From Heptranchias perlo (taxonomy: Eukaryota), in NCBI RefSeq assembly GCF_035084215.1, contig NC_090351.1, forward strand, positions 16,988,001-17,052,000: 64,000 nucleotides of DNA, written 5' to 3'. The translations under genes were made by a program, and so were the position numbers. The notes beneath the pieces are model-generated. The model was not told the DNA's origin. It did no database searches and saw only the letters and a list, made by a program, of their open reading frames with translations. Below are positions 49,179-62,935 of the stretch, piece by piece; position 1 is the first letter of the stretch; the number at the start of each line of letters is the position of its first letter.

Positions 49179-52100
49179 GTTTACTTAATGTGCTAGTATG
49201 AACCTCCTCTGCTATTTAAACAAGGTGTTAAACTCATTAAAACAAACAAGTTAACATTTTAATAAAATACTGAACAGAAGAATTTCATACCAGCATGCTA
49301 ATACATATATTATTAATATCACAAGGGATGATTTCAAGACATCTATTTCTTTTATGCTTAGATGAATAATGATAGTAAAGCACATTTCATAGAAATCCAT
49401 TAAGAAGAATCCAACCTAATTATATATATTTTAATTATTTAGAATGATATGTATAGGGTTACTTAGAATGGTACTTTAATGATGAGAGTTGTAACAACAA
49501 TGATCTGCCATTAAAACCCAAGGAGTAGCCTATCGTTAACTGTGAACGAACTGAAAGTTCACCTGCTCTAATTTTTTGCCTTCATCTCTTTAAGGCACTG
49601 TCTTATACTGTACTATTTTTCCATTGTGCCATCAGGCCTTTATTAGCTCACCCAAATTCTTGATGTGTGAACTGAGACAATAACTGTTTTGCTAGCACCA
49701 CTGACTGCCAATGAATAGGTCTCGTGCACCTTCCTGGTGGCCAGCCGAAACAAATCTGGCAGGTTTACCATGCAGCCGGCTGCATTAGACCTGTGCATTG
49801 TGAACCAAAGGCACAGCACAAGTCTCAATAGTATAAAAGGAGCTATAGCCTTCAAGCTATTCAACAGTGTTGCATGAGGCATCATAGCCAAACCTGATTC
49901 TATCCTTATTCAATATCCAATGAGAAAAGCAAAAGGAGAACTAACCCCTTTGTCCATTATGTTTCAACATGGGGGAACCCAGGTCTAAATTGAACACATT
50001 GAGTTGGAGCCAAATTATTCCAGCACAAAGCATCTTTTTAAATAGAAAGCCACCAGTTATACCTAATTTAATTTTTGACAAGACTGTATAATTTGAAAGG
50101 TAATGCCTTTGATGTTGTGTACAATAGCTCCTTTAGTACTTAAAAGGATCAGACAACATTGTGTGAACTTAGCATTAACTAACTGGTTTCTTCATGTCAA
50201 TTGTGGGTGGCATACACACCCATAGTTATATCGTGCAATATTGCTTCAAGACCCTCCCTGTAATTAGGTACTATTGACATTGTGTGTCATAATAGCTTTT
50301 AGTCATATTGTACTTGTTACATTAATAGAAATAACCTTGGAGGACTTTATCTTTGAAAATTGTTATCTGGTGCTTAGGATAGTCAGCTTCATTGGGATCT
50401 GAATAGTGTCAACTATGATGCCATGTCTCCAGTCTCAGTGCCGGAATGGATTGCTTTGAACGTGGCTGAACATGGAAACAGATTGGCACTTTTATGCCAG
50501 TGTCATATTTTATAAGTAATTTGTTACCAATCATGATTGTATTTCCCAACATGAGTCGTGTTCAAATTTCATTGATCAAGTGTTGTGCATGATGGAAGGA
50601 AAAATGCGTGTGCAGCTGAGAACCACAGAACGACTTCAAAAACTTGGCACTACTTTTTCTTGTGGCCCAGGTTCTTGACAGTTTGTTAGTGTTCCAAGCC
50701 ACACATCATCAGTTTGATTAGTTTTGCTGTCTAAACAAAACAAATTGTTTCAAACTAGGGAGTAGAGTACTGTAGTACATCTTGCCACATCTGAGACTTG
50801 GGTATAAATCCAGTCTGGACAGATTATCCATTTAATAGTAGAAAGGTGTGCAATATGATCTACAATTTCTAACTTGCAAGTCATTGCTAAAATGACAAAT
50901 AGTGTGTGGAGTAAGTATTGAGGAGGTGGAGGAAATCTTCATCTGTGCAATACTGATAGAAAAACTTTAATGTAAACAAGTAACTACTTGACGATGAAAA
51001 TATTTTTATTACTTAAAAATTGCAGCATATTCCAGACTGGATGCTCTTTAGTGTATCCAGGGATATCTAACATACAAGCCTGAAATTTCAGAGGGCAATG
51101 TTTCTTTAAGGATTTCAAGTGAAAGAGGTCTTGGTTCAATTCCCAGCATATAGTTTACAGCAAATGAAATTTCCATGCAATCTACTGTAAATCATTTTCT
51201 ATCAAACCTGCAGTAATTGTGATACAAAACAGCACCATACTCTTATGTGAACATAATTTAGCATTGGTTCCACATCACTGGAATTGTCAAAAATTCTACA
51301 GCTGTCACCAGAAGGATAAAAATTTATCTATAAAAATACATGAGCCTAGAAATTCCTATTGGTGCTACTGGGATGAATGCTTCATGTATTTGTATAACAT
51401 TCCTTGGTTTATTATCTTAGAGGCGTTAACCTGTTTAAAATAAACAAGTTAATATTTATGTTAAAATATGGGACAATGAACACATCAAGGGTTGATCTGC
51501 CAATATTGGCAATACTAATTTCTAGGTTAATAAGGGTACATTATATCAAGTAAGATTCCAAATATATCATTAAAGGTTATAATCTAATGTTACATTTCAA
51601 ATCAGCATTGTTTTTATGGGTTGTGACATATAAACCTTGTGACAGCCGTAACTCACTTATTTCAATCTGTTATTTTCTATAGCTCCATAAGCAGCATCAA
51701 TCAGATTTAAAGGAGCTGTAATATTGACACTAATTCAACCATCTTGCTTTGAAACTCCCATCAGTAACCAAAGTGTTACTATGGTTCAGTAGAAGCTGTA
51801 CTGAGACTGGGAGTGTAGTGTATTGTTAGGGAAATATAGAAGATGCATCAATACAACAAGACTTTCCATACCTGATGTGAGGTTGGTTACTACTGTATGA
51901 CAAATGGGGAGGGTGTGGGGAGATTCATTTCCTGATACTATCATTTAGAACCTTGATAAGCAAACATTCAAAAACACAGTCAAATAATATTACCTTATTG
52001 ATTTATTCACACATTGCCTTGCCCTAACACATCTGAGGTGACCAGAATGCAATGTCTGCCAGCAGGTACAGTTACATTTGATACATTGATATAAGCTTTA

Positions 52101-52494
52101 CAGATCCAAGGCCCTTGCCTTATTACTGTTTGCATGCAGTGAAACCTCAAAGTGCAGGTCCAATAATTTCAGCTAAGGTGATTAAGCTTCCATTTTGTGT
52201 TTTATTCTGTAACATTTCTAAACTTAACACCTTAATAAAGTAAAATAAACAAAAATAGTCAAAGCAATATACACGCAGTGCTGACAGAGAGAAAATATAT
52301 GCCAGTGTCATATTTTATAAGTAATTTGTTACCAATTTTTCACCTCACAAACTTAATAATGGAAGTACTGATAGGTTACATGTAACTCTGATTATACATA
52401 CACTCAATTGTTTTTTAAATTTCTATCTCACTGAACTTAATAGACTTCACTGTACTTGTATTAATATTTAATAGCTCAGTGGATTGATACAGTT

Positions 52495-53463
52495 AGAATC
52501 ATAGAATGGTTACAGCTCAGAAGGAGGCCGTTCGACCCATCGAGCCCGTGCCGGCTCTTTGTAAGAGCAATCCAATTGGTCCCATTCCCCCACTCTTTCC
52601 CCATAGCCCTGCAGATTTTTTCCCTTCAAGTATTTACCCAATTCCTTTTTGAAAGCCACAATTGAATCTGCTTCCATCACCCTTTCAGATAACGCATTCC
52701 AGATCATAATTACTCGCTGCGTGAAAAGGTTTTTCCTCATGTTGACTTTGGCTCTTTTGCCAATCACCTTAAATCTGTACCCTCTGGTTCTCGACCCATC
52801 CGCCGATGAGAACAGTTTCTCTTTATTTACTTTATGTAAACCCTTCATGATTTTGAACACTTCTATCAGATCTCCCCTTAACTCTCTCTGCTCTTAGGAG
52901 AACACCCCCAGCTTCTCCAATCTATCCATGTAACTGAAGTCCCTCATCCCTGGAGCTATTCTAGTAAATCTGTTCTGCACCCTCTCCAAGGCCTTCACAT
53001 CCTTCCTAAAGTGCGGTGCCCAGAATTGGACACAATACTCCAGTTGTGGCTGAACCAGTGTTTTAAAAAAGTTCAATGTAACTGCCTTGCTTTTATACTC
53101 TATGCCTCAATTTATAAAGCCTAGGATCCCGTATGCTTTTTTTAACCACTTTTTCAACCTGTCCTCCCACCTTCAAAGATTTGTGCACATATACCCCGGG
53201 TCTCTCTGTTCCTGCACCCCCTTTAGAATTGTACCATTTAGTTTATATTACCCCTCCTTATTCTTCCTGCCAAAATGTATCACATCGCACTTCTCTGCAT
53301 TAAATTTCATCTGCCATATGTCCGCCCATTCCACCAGTCTGTCCATGTCCTCTTGAAGTCTATTACTATCCTCCTCACTGTTTACTACACTTCCACGTTT
53401 TGTGTCATCTGCAAATTTTGAAGTTGTGCCCTGTACACCCAAGTCCAAGTCATAAATATATAG
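52495..53463 (-). mobile_element. CR1 LINE 3' ~1 kb, antisense within the PHLDA intron
   Basis: SKFADDTK, KTLVQPQLEYCVQFWAPH, FTQRVIMIWNAL; AGAATCATAGAA tail. Confidence 0.93.
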
Positions 53464-54476
53464 TTGATTGTAGGTCATTGAGAAGACAAGGGGAAGCCTC
53501 ATCAAAGATTTTTGACATAAAGCGATCAATTAGGAGTAATCTCTTGAGAATCTGCTGCCGGTATAGTCTTGCTAGTAATGAACATAGTTTAGTGATAGGG
53601 CTCTAACATTACAGCATAACCCTGATTAACCAATTTACTTTCGCCACTATCCAGGGTCTGTGCCGATAATGCAGCGTCAAAAATTTATCACTCCCTTGCA
53701 AGTGCAGGATACAGGTTCTTTACTTAAATGAGGTAATGGAAACTCTAACCTAACCCGGATCCTTCTTGCTTTAGCAGGAAATGTCTGGAGTATATACGAT
53801 ACAGTATGCCTGATGTGGTAGTGTAAATCACCAGTATCAGTAAAAAATATAACCTCGCATTTTAGTGAATCTGGTGCTTGAATATGCTCTGAGAATTTTT
53901 AGAACAGATCCCTGATTTGTTCGAGCAAGTTGATTTCAGCGGCAGCAGCAGTGAGGACACTAAAATTGGTCTCAAGGGAAAAAATTGTCTCAAGTTTGCA
54001 CTTCAAAACGTTATCTAGTGACCTCTTCCTGAACATCCGCATGTGTGGGCATTGGGTAAGGACATGATCGAGCTCGGCTGCGATGTCCTCCCATGACCAA
54101 ATAGCCTGCTGTGGCTTACCATTGAAGCTTGCACATTAATGATAACATACTTGGCTGAGTTATTGGAGAGTGCATTGTGCGAATGGGACCATAATTCTAA
54201 CAATGAGTCAATGGCCACAGGAGAGATGGGAAGGGAAGAAAATTGGTGAGAGGAAAAAAATCTGAAAGCATCTTGAATAATAGAGTGCCTGTGACACTTT
54301 TTCATGGTTACATTGAGCTCTTCTGTTTCAGTATCTGTTTTTGTCTTTGGATTCTCGATATTGCTAGTGTCAGAATTAAAATAATATACATTTCCAACAT
54401 ATTTTTGCTCTGTACCTCCATAAACCCTTGTTTGATGTCTGACTTACATTTTATAACTTAATTCTTTTATCCCTAG

Positions 54477-54920
54477 GTATCATTGATATGCAGAAGCAAT
54501 GAACAAATCTTGACCTGCAACCAAACAACACTGAATGGGACAGGATTGATTTTGTGTCTGCAGCCATGACAAGAATACACATCAATTCAACCAAATGACA
54601 ATCATGAATCAAAACGGATGTATTTTCATGAGAAGGACTGTATTATAATAATCTAGAGAACAGATTCATTATTCACAATACGCTTCTCTGTCTTAATTTT
54701 TTAATTATTTATTAAATGACCAATATTCACTGTAGGGATGACTTAATGAAAGTCGTGCATAATGCATTGTAAATTACTGATGCCTACTTTATTTATTGAG
54801 ATATATTGTCTTTTCAATGCTTGACATTGTGGTTTTACTCTGCCAAATGGGAAACCTTGCAATCTGTATGAAGATTTTTTTGTCTGTTAACCTGTAAATA
54901 AAAACAATGATGAATATGAA
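54477..54920 (+). other. Inferred terminal non-coding exon (3'UTR) of the PHLDA gene
   Basis: Follows the acceptor; two TTATTTATT nonamers (54705, 54789), TGTAAATA (54893) and AATAAA (54897-54902), with a T/GT-rich tract downstream. Confidence 0.6.
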
Positions 54921-55459
54921 CTAGAACTATTTTGTATTTGACAGCACAATACATCATAGAATACTATGATGACTTCTATGATAATACTATGACTACCAAG
55001 ATGACTTCTTTTTAAATTGAGGTGAAGGGCCAAGGCCAATTTTACAGGACACTACCAAGGTTAAAGAGAGTAGAAGAGAAGATAAGATGAAGCAAGAAGG
55101 AATGGCTAGGTGATGTTGAGTTTGGTTGTTCAAAGATTAAAAAGTATAATAGATCACTAGCTTTTTAGAACCAAAATAACGTACTTAAATGTAGACGGTA
55201 AGGGTCTGTGAGTTGCACAGTGCAATATAGGGTTGTGTTTCCTCCCCCTCACACAACCCCAGTGTAAATCAGGTGGTACCTATTTGAAACTCACGTGACT
55301 TGAACTTTGCTGAACCCGACTGGATTTCCAGGTTCAGCTCATTATCAGGTGCCTACGCACTGGGCATGATTATTGCCTGGAAGTCAGTGCATGTCCGAGA
55401 GTGGGATGTAATTGCATGTTTTAGAGTGGTGGCAGCAGCCTCTGCAGCGAAAGATTTTC

Positions 55460-56600
55460 TGGCAACTGTTAGAAAGAAAAGGCACTCCATTTTGATGATG
55501 AGGCAGTGGAAATCTCTTTGCAGCAATTGCAGCTCGGGGTGAATGTGCCATTGCCCCAAGTTGGCTGTCGGGTGTCCAAAACGATGGGGCACAGTGCTTG
55601 GCAGAAGTGGCTGATGTAATGAATGTGACCTGCACTCCCCAAAGGATGTGGGTACAGTGTCATTAAAAAGTTCAATGACCTTACTAGGAGAGGCAAGGTA
55701 GGTGACGACTGCACAGTCATCTCATATTATACACTGATACTCTTATTGTTACTCATATGATCTCTTTCCTCCTACTCATGCATTTCATTACTGTGTCTCC
55801 ATTTTCCCAGTGCCATTTAGGCTACTCTGTGCATCTCCTTGCAACTCCTGTTCCCAGAACTGCCTTCTTCAGAAGAGACCTGCACTAGACAAGGTCCTGC
55901 TAATTCCTTCCATTATAAAACCTGCAGATCAGTGTACTTCCAAAACCTATTGATAGCTCCTGGACATGTGGGTTTTGAGATAAGATTGGCCATCTGTGGC
56001 AATTATGCAATGCATGCCTCCACCTATGTTGAAGACAGCACTTAAACAAGAGGGAGATTATAACGATGGCAGGAGGTCTGATGAAGCTATACATCATCCC
56101 TTCTCTTTTGAGGAGTAGATCTCTAAATTCAAAGATGAGACTTGGATGAAGAAACTGGAGATGGGGAAGCAGGAGGCATAGCTCAGGGTTTGTCCCACAC
56201 TTATCCTTTCTTCACCATCCATTCATTACACAATCACTTACACCAAAGCTTGCATTGATCAGCAGCTCCATACCAGAACTTGAATGAAGCCCATTTGCCA
56301 ACAAGTTGTAATGAAGACTTGTTGGGAACCCTTTTCCTTTTTTTGTGGCAGAAAAGGCTATGGCATGGCCTCCTCAGCTGTAGTCACCTCCCAAGGCACC
56401 ATGTCACTCAATCTTCCTCTACCAAGCAACAGTAGAGGTACACCCATCCCAGAGGTTTTAGCCAGTCAGTTTGATGGGAACATATTGGGTGAACCAGTGA
56501 GCATAAGGAGATGGAATTGGCATAGGAGGAGCAGGAAATGCCTAGCTGTAGGGTCATTTTGCATCCATCCACAGCTGATGAGTGCAGGGATCCTGATCTT
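55460..56600 (+). pseudogene. Degenerate Harbinger Myb/SANT-like gene remnant (third family)
   Basis: HFDDEAVE...AEVADVMNVTCTPQRMWVQC../KFNDLTRRGK followed by GTAGGT at 55698; later exon-like remnant near 56035-56120. TIRs not resolved. Confidence 0.7.
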
Positions 56601-56714
56601 GCAAACTAGTCCTTGCAAACTGCAGCCCTATCTTCAACCTCCCTTTCCTCTACAAAGTCTTTTGACATGTCCCCTCCCAAAACCATGCCCATCTTTCCTA
56701 CATCTCTACATTTA

Positions 56715-57960
56715 AACCTTTCCAATCAGGTTTCCGCCTCTGCCACAGCACTGAAATGGCCTTAAGCAAAGTTTCAAATGACATAATCTGTAACTGTGAC
56801 CATGATGTCCTATCACTCCTTATCCTTCTCGACCTGCCTACAGATTTGACATGGTTGACCACACCATCCTCCCCCAATGTTTCTCCTCCGTTGTCTAGCT
56901 GAGTGGAACTGCCTTCACCTGGTTCCACTCTTACCTATCCAATTGCAGCCAGAGAAACTCCTACAATTGTTTCTCTTTCTGCCCCTGCACCATTACCTCT
57001 GGAATCCCCTCATATTTCTCACCCATATGCTGCCCTTCGGCGACATCATACGAAGACACAACGTCAGTTTCCACATGTACACTGACGACACCCAGTTCTA
57101 CCTCATCACCACCACTCTATTGCTTGTCCGATATGCAGTCCTGGATAAGCTACAATTTCCTTCAATTAAACATTGGGAAGATCGAAACCATTTACTTTCA
57201 TCCCCTCCACTAATTCCATTCCCAAGTCATTTAGCCTGGCTACTGTCTCAGGCTAAAACAGACTGTTTGCAAGCTGAGCATCCTATTTGACTCTGACCCT
57301 CTCCATTACAAAGACCGCCTACTTCCACCTCTGTAACATTGCCTATCTCTGCCCCTGCAGCAGCCTATCTGCTACTGAAACCCTCATCCATGCTTTTGTT
57401 ACCTCTAGACTCGACTATTCCAATGCTCTCCTGGCAGCCTCCCATCTTCTACCCTTCATAAACTTGAGCTCATCCAAAACTCTGCTGCCCATATCCTAAC
57501 CTGCATCAAGTCCTGTTCACCCATCTCCCCTCCGCTCGCTGACCTACATTGGCTCCCAGTCCACCAATGCCTCAATTTTAAAATTCTCATCCTTGTGTTC
57601 AAATTTCTCCATGGCTTTGCCCCTCCCTATTGCTGTAATTTGCTCCAGCCCTAGAATCCTCCAAGAATTTTCTATGATCCTTCAATTTGTGCATCCCCCA
57701 CTGCCTTCGCCCCCATCATTGGCGGCTGTGCTTTCAGCTGTCTAGGCCATAAGCTCTGGAATTTCCTCCATAAACCTCTCCACCTCTCCTTCTTTAAGAT
57801 GGTCCTTAAAATCTATCTCATTCACTAAGCTTTTAATCACCTGCCCTAGTATCTCCTTTTTTGGCTCGGTGTCAATTTTTGTCTGATAACACTTCTGTGA
57901 AGCGCCTTGGGACGTTTTACCATGTTAAAGGCGCAATATAAATACAAATTGTTGTTGTTG
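56715..57960 (+). mobile_element. L2 LINE 3' 1.2 kb
   Basis: QSGFR..HSTE.AL.KV, HMYTDDTQFY, ITKTAYFHL, ETLIHAFVTSRLDYSNALLA; tail ATATAAATACAAATTGTTGTTG. Confidence 0.92.
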
Positions 57961-59871
57961 AGAGCAATGTCCATTGCGCAAAAAGGAATAATAGCAACTG
58001 AGAAAAGACCTCCCAAACCAGTCTTACAAATCTGCTGGTCCCACATAATGCAGCTCAATCACCCAAAATAACGTAAATGCTGGTTTTCAATAATACCCAC
58101 AAAAAATTATTGCAGCAACAATGACATTTTTTACTCAATGACCTTTTCATTTCACACCGCCTAGCGACAGCTAATGCCAAGTTTCTAAGGACATTCAAAT
58201 TGGCTTCTTTAAAACCAGCATTAATGGTGGAAAGTGACGGAAGGCATTTTGATACCACTTCTGCATCGTTATAATAAAATTGAAAGATGTGTGCTACTTT
58301 CAGGCTGTGCTCCTGCATCCGTCTGCCCTGCCCAGAAATGTTTGTCATTCGCAAATAGGATGGAGCCCCAGCATAACATGCCTCTGCCCCTTTTTCCTCA
58401 TCCTAAAACCCCAGACAATGGTGCACATAGCACATTGGGATAAGAAAAATTGGCCCTATAAGTCTCTTCCTCTAACATACAACAAATACTGGCAGTGCAT
58501 CTTTTCTATTCCCATTTTTGTAGGTCTTTTCTCTCCTGCCATGTTAGGTTTTCCTATGCTACTCACTGCTACCTAGATGAGATGGATAGGCTGCTAACCT
58601 GTTACATAAACAGGGTTTCCACCACACTTCCAGCAAAGTTATGGTAATGGAGTGGGGCCAGTTCAGAGGACATTCCCAGGCAATATATTCTGTTACTGAA
58701 CAAATCATTGGTGTTCTGAAGCCTTAATATTTCAGGAGGAAGCTTACAGTACAAGGGAGTCAAGATATGCAGAATAATTGCATCACATTGTCAATGTGCA
58801 GAGGCTTCAGTGTGAATTGAATTCACCTGTGCAATATCTAGAAAAGACTAAGGGGGTGACCTGGACTTGCTCTATCTAGTTATGTCGACTTAGTTAGAAT
58901 TACAAGCAGCAGAAAGGACAAAAGTAGAGGTAATGTTTTAAATCGAGTAACTGTTTGCTTTGGGTGAGTGTTATAAGTGCCTATCGTGTGTACTTTGTGA
59001 TTATTTTTTATGATCTTGCATGCCTGGCAGGTGAAAGTCATTTCCGGCTCCCTTGTTTTTCCACATCATTGAAATGTTTTCTGACCTTGTACCAGGTTCT
59101 ATGAGGGTTGGGGAGGAGATGGTTGACACAACACTGACCCTGTTGGTGTTATGTTCTTAGGCTCATTTTCTAGCCTATGGCTTGAGCGGCTGGCCAAAAA
59201 TACTTGCACACTGTGTTTGTGAGATGGAGCTTTCCTGGATAGTTTCTGAGGCATAGCTATCAATCTGCACATCTGGATTAGCGACCAGTTTGTTTGTCAG
59301 AAGGGTCAAGAGGCTGATTTTCTTTCTGTTAAGGTGCTTAACTGTCGTTATCATAGTTCCACCTGATCGGTTAATTAAACTTCACAAATAGTGGATAATG
59401 CAGGGTTTCTTAAAGGAAACTTCCCCATTCCCACATATTTATAAATTGTTTACTTTGTGGAATTTCTCCATTAAATGGGTTAACTGCTAATATCTGGAAA
59501 ATCTGTTAGAAAACCCCCACTCTGTTAGAAAACTCCTACTTATAAGTGTATGTGCAATTGAAGTAAGATGATATACCAGATGATTAACATTTGGAGCATT
59601 TTGGTAATTACAAGCATGAAAAGCCTGTTTTTTCTGCTATTTTTGTGACTTATTTTGGGTGGTTTCGGGGTGGGCAAGATTGCAAAATAGGACAGGAAGG
59701 CAGTACACTAGATCCCTGCCCTTAAAAATTACAATAACAAGTTTCTGCTGGAAATCACATTTGCAGGAGGAAGCACCTGCCCAAATTCAGATGAACAATT
59801 TAAAGTTACATGTAAATCAAGTCCTGACGTTGATGTCCAATTTTGTGAGTTGGGTGTTTGTTTGCACCCGT

Positions 59872-59982
59872 GTCAAACATCCTTAATAATGGATTCCAGC
59901 ATTTCCCGATGACTGATGTCAGGCTAACTGGCCTGTAGTTCCCTGTTTTCTCTCTCCCTCCCTTCTTGAATAGCAGGGTAAC
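59872..59982 (-). mobile_element. Short internal CR1 ORF2 fragment
   Basis: VTLLFKKGGREKTGNYRPVSLTSVIGK on the minus strand. Confidence 0.85.
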
Positions 59983-59989
59983 AAGGTAC

Positions 59990-61245
59990 CAGATCAAGGT
60001 ATTGGTGGAGGCTGTACTTCACAAGGGTCGCGGCCATGAGTTGTACCTGAAGTCTGACCTGCAGACTAAACCCACCACAGGCGCTAAAAATTGTGCCCAC
60101 TTTTTCTTATCACCAGCTTCCCCTTGACACCGGTGTGCACTGGTCTACCTCATACCCCTAATCTACTGCTTCTCCTGGGTGCAACCGAGATGGCTGGCTG
60201 CACCACATCAATATGAGTCACCTGAGACTAAAGTAGCCTTCATCTCAGGGTAGCTGAGATTGACCTCCTGTAGGCACATCTCTTATGGTGCCACAAGGTT
60301 ATGCCTCCTTGAGACATGTGTCAGCATGTGATGGGACTGGTGGCAGAAGGTCGATGTGCTGCTATCCTGAGAGACAACAGACTCATGTGTTCATGTTTCT
60401 GTTACGTCACTAGTGCTGGGCACTTGCTCCGCTTAAAAGCAAATCAGATCCTTTAAGGCTTCGGAGCCACTAAAGACAGCCCTCTCTAATTTTGCACTCC
60501 AATCCTCAATGGCAACAGTCTAATATTTTATGCCAGAAAACTGCCTATGGGTCCTCTGTTTGGTGCATCCACTGAAGATAGGCCTGGAGCTGTCATATGC
60601 TCCAGGGTGGACTACAGTGCTGAACTCGCTACATAGCAGACTCCTCCAAGACACCAGCCATCTGATGCACATTACATGAGACAATCCCTAGTATCTCCAC
60701 ATATGCTCTGGTAGCATCTTTCTTTTAAAAGCTGAAACATGAGATCTGAGTGCCAAAACTCCTCAGCCAGGGCCAGATGTCTCCTAATTCCCCAGAAACA
60801 AGCATATGCCTCTTGTTCTGCACCCAGCTCTTCCTGTTCACTCATACTTTGTCCATTACCCCATGCACGCCCCTCTTAGCTCACCACCTAATATCCATGG
60901 GAGGTTATCTCTTGATTGCCGCTTACGAGAGAAACCGTGATTAATGGTGTATGGAAAGAAGTTCTGGCATGAAGCAGAAAGTCCTCTTCCTGTTCCTCTT
61001 CTGCTTCTTGCTGTGTTACTTCCAGACATGCTTTCAGGAAACTTTGAAGTATGATTCAGCTTTTGTGGCTTTTTCCCTTTAAGCTACTGCAGCAGCTTCG
61101 GAAATCCTTCACCCCCACCACTCACCACCCCCCCACCCCACAGGCCCCCCTCCACCACCCCACTGTGGCAAGCTCTCAATGGCAGGTGGCATTAACCAGG
61201 GTCAGGGAAGGGGTGGAAGTTCCATCGCATTGGAATATCCAGTCC
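59990..61245. mobile_element. Possible highly decayed Harbinger-derived sequence
   Basis: GC-richer block with weak resemblance to Harbinger interiors and a TIR-like end AATATCCAGTCC near 61245; no diagnostic protein motif recovered. Confidence 0.3.
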
Positions 61246-62324
61246 AAAGTTTGTACGTTTATTTTAAACCTATGGATTCCACTGCAGCTGAACATGGTAA
61301 ATTCATTTTCTAGTAGCAGATATTTGAATAATTGAAATTAATGTAGGAAAATCTGTACATGGATAAAACCTGCTTCATTAGTGAACTTGTTTTTGCCACA
61401 TTTGTTGTTAATTGGTATAACCCGTGCAATGCACATTTCTGGTCAACTGCTCATTCCTCAACGTGTTATCCAATAACAATGGGTCAGATTTGGAAGGAAG
61501 TCTTCTTTGCTATGAGGTCTCACAATCTCAGAAGTTTGACTATGTTGGGTATTGTCGGACTCAGTGTTAGTTCAGTGACAGATTAAATGGAAAAGACCTA
61601 GTTGGAATTAAGTGACAGTAATCAACCAGTTAGGGCTCTGTTTTGACATCTTGTAAGCCTGACCTGAACCTAACTGCATTCTTAGTAAAATGAATCACAT
61701 TCCTGAGACTAACTGTTTCCTGTTGCTGAATGGAAAGCTTTTTAAAGGTGTAATTAAGTGTGTCTTTTAGGATTTGGACAGAGATTAAGCACTTTAGGAC
61801 TGGAGCCGCTGGTTTTCAGAAATCTGTAAGGCTCGTTTCAGTGCTCTTTATGACAAGAGCAATGAAAAATTATGGACCAAGTTTTTACTATGTCGGTTGT
61901 ATCTTAATTACAGTAGAAATGTTATTCCTTTCAGTTACCTGTTAAGTGAACTGAGACACTGGCACTTGATTACTAAAAACAAAGCCTAACTTTATCTGAA
62001 CTCACTGAAAATGCTTCCAATGTGGTAATTTTTAATTAAATCTGCTACTTTTTTGCCCAATTTTGAAGCAATCTTTTTTCATCCAATTTTCTCCCCGCCT
62101 CTCCTGAAAGTGGTAACATGTGCTGGGATATGGTTTCATTGGTACAAGAGGCTTTCTGCACTGCATCAGAATGCCTATTTTTCATGAGTGAGCCAAGACA
62201 GTGAGAATTGTGGGTATTTGGCGTAAGTGGACATAACAGTTGGGAGCCTGCTGGGTTTTCTTTTCTTTAGTCTAGGGATAGTGAGGTCAAGTGCAGTACC
62301 CTCCCAAAACTTCTTGGGTTAGGA

Positions 62325-62745
62325 CAGTGTTGTCCAATACGTTAGCCACTAGCCACAAGTGGCTAATTGGAAATCCAGACAGGACTAATTGCATTTCTGA
62401 TTAGTATATAAAAAATGAGGAATAGACACTGTTGTAAAGCATGTGATCTCAATACTTGTATTCGCACGGTGTATGCATGTATACTTAACCTTTTTGTGCA
62501 TTTGTTGGTAAAATGGTAAGACGGAAAGCAGAATGTGCGAGTGTTTTTTGATCATTGTGAGTGCTTCACTTCCCTGGTTACTGAATGGTGGTAGGTGTTT
62601 GTTAAGTAAATGTACAAATGAAGAATATTGTGTGGTATTGTGTGTATATGCAAGGCGTTTTCTGTTAAAATTAGTGCACGTGGCTAAAATGGTGTCGCTG
62701 TAGTCACACCTGTGGCTAGTCAGCAATTTCTATTGGACAACACTG
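62325..62745. mobile_element. hAT-Charlie-type MITE (MER3/MER33-like ends), 421 bp
   Basis: Perfect 15-bp TIRs CAGTGTTGTCCAATA / TATTGGACAACACTG; 8-bp TSD GGTTAGGA / GGCTAGGA; subterminal TAGCCACTAGCCACA.GTGGCTA. Confidence 0.92.
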
Positions 62746-62935
62746 GGCTAGGATCACCTAATCCAGATGAGGAATCACGACTGATGCCTTCCTGATCAGT
62801 CACCTTCAGTATTACATTAAAGTGCAATTATCCATTAAGTCATTGGAGAAGCCCTGCACTTTTTAATATTCATTTTTTTTTCTCCCTGATTCTTTCAAAT
62901 TTTCAGTTTAGAAGAACTCTAGCCTTTATTCAAGT

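Larger units (their letters stand above)
47522..54476 (+). other. Inferred intron in the PHLDA 3'UTR
   Basis: Consensus donor AAG|GTGAGT 15 nt after the stop; candidate acceptor ACTTAATTCTTTTATCCCTAG|G at 54476. PHLDA genes are known to have a 3'UTR intron. The acceptor is inferred. Confidence 0.65.
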
